Positions 61,600 to 64,000 of a stretch of DNA of 64,000 nucleotides are shown here, in pieces (within the stretch, counting starts at the first letter, position 1; each line of letters starts with the position of its first letter). The notes beneath the pieces are model-generated. The model did no database searches and was not told the DNA's origin. It saw only the letters and a list, made by a program, of their open reading frames with translations. Made by a program: the position numbers and the translations under genes. This DNA comes from an uncultured virus (IMG/VR IMGVR_UViG_3300020048_000049). Taxonomy: Duplodnaviria > Heunggongvirae > Uroviricota > Caudoviricetes. The stretch lies in IMG/VR virus record IMGVR_UViG_3300020048_000049; one strand, 5' to 3'.

Positions 61600-62084
61600 A
61601 TACAAATATAAGTATTTGAAACTTTAAATCAAAAAAAATAGATGCCGCAATATTATCGGAATAACCATCGGAATTTTGCTCTCAAATTTTTTTAAAAAAA
61701 TTTTTTAAGCCCTCAATATCAGGTAGTTGAAAAGAAAAAGGGGGTGGGGGTAACCTACGGAGATTAACCTATTTATATTCCGCATATTTGCGGAGAATAT
61801 TTTTTTAAAAAAAATTTTTCCAGGGAGAATAATGCGAGGTGTGTTAGAGGAAGGGGTGGCTAATATGTTAGCTAAAAGGGTGTGAATTTTGGGCAAATAG
61901 CTAATATGTTGGCTATTATGTTGGTTGAGAATTTTGAACAAAAAAATTGAAAAAAAAATCTGAGGCGACCTGGGCGGGCCTAGAGGGGGTCTTTATTTAA
62001 GGGGCTTATTAAAGATGCGAGCCTAAATAGACCCCTTAATTGCACCCCTTAGACCCCTTAAATGAGCCTTCTAAGGGGTTTAAA

Positions 62085-62261
62085 TTAGTCCCCTAAGTTA
62101 AGGGCTTTCTTATGCTTTGGCTTTCGTGTGTAGTCCTTAGCGTTCTTGTGAGCCTTGTTTGTAGGACGGCTTATTCCTAATTCGATATCGACATTTCTAC
62201 GAGCAGTGCGCTCCATGTTTAATATCTGCTTTGCCGTTATTGTTATCTTATTACGTTTCAT
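62085..62261 (-). CDS. Small basic protein (absent from ORF track)
   Basis: MKRNKITITAKQ...HKNAKDYTRKPKHK; directly behind a repeat promoter copy. Confidence 0.65.
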   Translation of the reverse strand: MKRNKITITAKQILNMERTARRNVDIELGISRPTNKAHKNAKDYTRKPKHKKALNLGD

Positions 62262-62483
62262 ATTGTTATAGGTCGTATAAATTAAAAAAAAGAATAGGGG
62301 TTATTAGCCCCTTATCTTTAAGCTATTTTGTTTTTTTCCTTATTCCAAACACCATATGATTTTGCATAAGGATTACCTCCTACCATTTTATCATATACCT
62401 TTACTACTGTACCTGTTGGCAGGTCGTTTAAGATACAACTGTTTGTACTAAACATATCATACTCAGTAGCTCCAATACGCTCG

Positions 62484-62764
62484 TTATGTGCCATTTTAGG
62501 ACACCCTTGCAATCTCATACACTTCATCAATTAAATGGTAGTGAGTTGCAAATTTCACCATTGCATAATTTAAACTACTTGCTTCAATATGTACCATTAA
62601 ATCTTTATCCATACTTCTGTATTGGAATAAAAAACGGCACATAACAGCACCTAAAAAAGATGGCTTGCTTTGTTCTTCTAATAAACTTTTGTCTGTGTTC
62701 ATAATTTTGTTCTTTTAATTAAGTTTCGAGGTATTAATCAGCCACCTCGTTTAGCTGCAAAACG
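62484..62764 (+). mobile_element. Solitary integron-type gene cassette with attC-like site
   Basis: G|TTATGTGCC at the left end; complementary GGCACATAAC 62636-62645; imperfect palindrome GCACCTAAAAAAGATGGCT / AGCCACCTCGTTTAGCTGC; G|TT at 62764. Confidence 0.7.
62496..62702 (-). CDS. Cassette ORF (68 aa) starting inside the attC loop
   Basis: ORF track; antisense to the cassette orientation. Confidence 0.55.
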   Translation of the reverse strand: MNTDKSLLEEQSKPSFLGAVMCRFLFQYRSMDKDLMVHIEASSLNYAMVKFATHYHLIDEVYEIARVS

Positions 62765-62880
62765 TTTAGGGCTAATTTTTCGTTTAATGCTTTTTTGCTT
62801 GCGGCTTTAATGTAGACTTGCATATTATATTTGGTTAGTTGGTTATATAGTTATAGGTCGTATAAATTAAAAAAAAGAAT

Positions 62881-63078
62881 TTAACGTGTATAGATTAATC
62901 CATCATTTTTTGCTTTGATACGGCTTTTAATAGTGCCATCTTTTTTCAAAAATTCATCTTGAGTAAAATCTCTATAATGAATAGCTCCATAGCCGAATTT
63001 TATTTCATATTCAGTAGGCTTTCTGTGATAAGTAATTTCTTTATTTACTTTATTCCAAGGTAATTGTGATTTTTCCAT
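62881..63078 (-). CDS. Small hypothetical protein
   Basis: ORF behind a repeat promoter copy. Confidence 0.65.
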   Translation of the reverse strand: MEKSQLPWNKVNKEITYHRKPTEYEIKFGYGAIHYRDFTQDEFLKKDGTIKSRIKAKNDGLIYTR

Positions 63079-63166
63079 TGTGTTTGTTTTGGTTGGTATA
63101 TTGTTATAGGTCGTATAAATTAAAAAAAAGAAATTCTTTTTTATCTTACTATTGACCTATAACATT

Positions 63167-63388
63167 ATGAATAATGCAAAATTAGAAAATGTACATATAT
63201 CTCAAATTTCTTCAGGGGATACTATTGAGTTTGGCGGTAAATTAACTACTGTAAGCGCAAATAACATAAAGAGGGATTCCTTCATAGGTATTACCTTGTT
63301 TGGTGATAGCTATCATTTAGGACATAAACCCGTTAAAAAAGTTGTTGCATGGATTGGTGAAAACGGAAATTTAGTTCCTATCAGATAG
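63167..63388 (+). CDS. Small hypothetical protein
   Basis: ATG 63167 directly after GACCTATAAC. Confidence 0.65.
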   Translation: MNNAKLENVHISQISSGDTIEFGGKLTTVSANNIKRDSFIGITLFGDSYHLGHKPVKKVVAWIGENGNLVPIR

Positions 63389-63643
63389 GGACTTTCTTTT
63401 TTTCTGTTTGGTTGACCTATAATAATATAAACAGAAAGACCCCGAAAATGTAATAAGTTCGGCAGGGTTAATCCGCTCCTACCTTATACTTTTTTTTGTT
63501 AAAATTTGGCTTTTCTTTTTTTTCTTTTTGTTGACCTATAAAGGTATAAGACAAACAAACAGAGTTTAATTTTAAAATAAAACAAATTCTTTTTTTTCTT
63601 ATTGTTGACCTATAACCATATAAACCACATAAACCAATATACT

Positions 63644-64000
63644 ATGAAAAATGTAATTTTATCAAAAAATCAATTAATTGCTGAATTAAGCGAATTTCGC
63701 AAAAATGTTTCAGCTACGGGAACGGCTTTTGGTTCTGTTGTTTACTTTGTTGACGAATCGGGTTCAAAAACAGTAAACAAGCAAAAAGTGTTACAAAAGT
63801 TGGTACGAGTTGCTATTACTTTAGGCTCTAACTACGAAGGACGTATCAATAGAGATTTAGTAAAAAATGAAGAAGAAGCAAATTTTACAGCACAATCAAT
63901 GAGTGGTAAAAAACACTTAAATGATGAAGGGGTTTTATTAACTGATACAAAAACAGAAACTAAAATTTACCTTAATGCAGTGGTTGAAAATCATGCTAAA
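63644..64000 (+). CDS. Hypothetical protein (runs off window)
   Basis: Open frame MKNVILSKNQ... to the end of the window. Confidence 0.6.
   Translation, partial: MKNVILSKNQLIAELSEFRKNVSATGTAFGSVVYFVDESGSKTVNKQKVLQKLVRVAITLGSNYEGRINRDLVKNEEEANFTAQSMSGKKHLNDEGVLLTDTKTETKIYLNAVVENHAK

Larger units (their letters stand above)
62318..62823 (-). pseudogene. 74-aa phage gene interrupted by a cassette insertion
   Basis: Removing 62484-62764 restores an in-frame MQVYIKAASKKALNEKLALN-ERIGATEYDMF...KNKIA. Confidence 0.7.
62265..63616. promoter_or_regulatory. Seven copies of bipartite motif TTCTTTTTT-N11-GACCTATAA (putative phage promoter)
   Basis: Minus: 62265-62294, 62850-62879, 63103-63132 (identical 30-mers). 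Plus: 63134-63163, 63394-63422, 63513-63541, 63587-63616. Constant spacing; most lie just upstream of an ATG. Confidence 0.8.

Noticed and set aside
521..61941. Many short antisense or overlapping ORFs in the track (e.g. 1881-2276, 26484-26912, 34472-34813, 46628-47026, 61705-61941)
   Set aside because: They shadow better-supported genes or lie in low-complexity DNA and lack motifs.
62265..63132. CRISPR array from three identical 30-bp repeats
   Set aside because: Spacers are hundreds of bp, unequal and contain ORFs; no cas genes; the copies behave like promoters.
1..64000. Genome-wide TAG recoding (alternative genetic code)
   Set aside because: Long genes are intact in code 11 and several end plausibly in TAG (13661, 26342, 41974, 54387); only one internal TAG was seen.
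1..64000. Giant eukaryotic virus (NCLDV)
   Set aside because: Peptidoglycan amidase, bacterial promoters, intrinsic terminators and coupled operons indicate a bacteriophage.

Overview
AT-rich (visually about 30% GC), gene-dense segment of a large tailed bacteriophage, probably a jumbo/huge phage. The host is inferred to be Bacteroidota, from TTTG-N19/20-TAnnTTTG promoters, no Shine-Dalgarno motifs and Bacteroidota-like PncB and deformylase. Gene content: SNF2 helicase, PG-binding amidase endolysin, three modular tail-fibre-like proteins, ThyX, a GIY-YIG homing endonuclease, dNMP kinase, Adk, GMP reductase/IMPDH, peptide deformylase, three PcfJ-like proteins and many hypotheticals. Main observations: (1) a pncB-Nudix-orf-nadD-nadE operon, a deamidated (Preiss-Handler) NAD+ rebuilding route unlike the described phage NARP1/NARP2, placed back-to-back with a cyclic-phosphate REC protein and a CCA-adding enzyme; (2) many unrelated proteins and enzymes share short 'L(R/K)xxI(R/K)E' or 'LAGI..E' tags and an upstream TATTTAT motif, suggesting capsid-packaged cargo; (3) four promoter-like motif classes, including an ECF-type GAAAC-N16-CGTA motif and a 7-copy TTCTTTTTT-N11-GACCTATAA motif; (4) a 281-bp integron-type cassette that splits a phage gene; (5) candidate small RNAs, a repeat-rich non-coding locus and apparent GATC avoidance. 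Several genes are split by N gaps. All family calls come from motif recognition by eye, not database searches.
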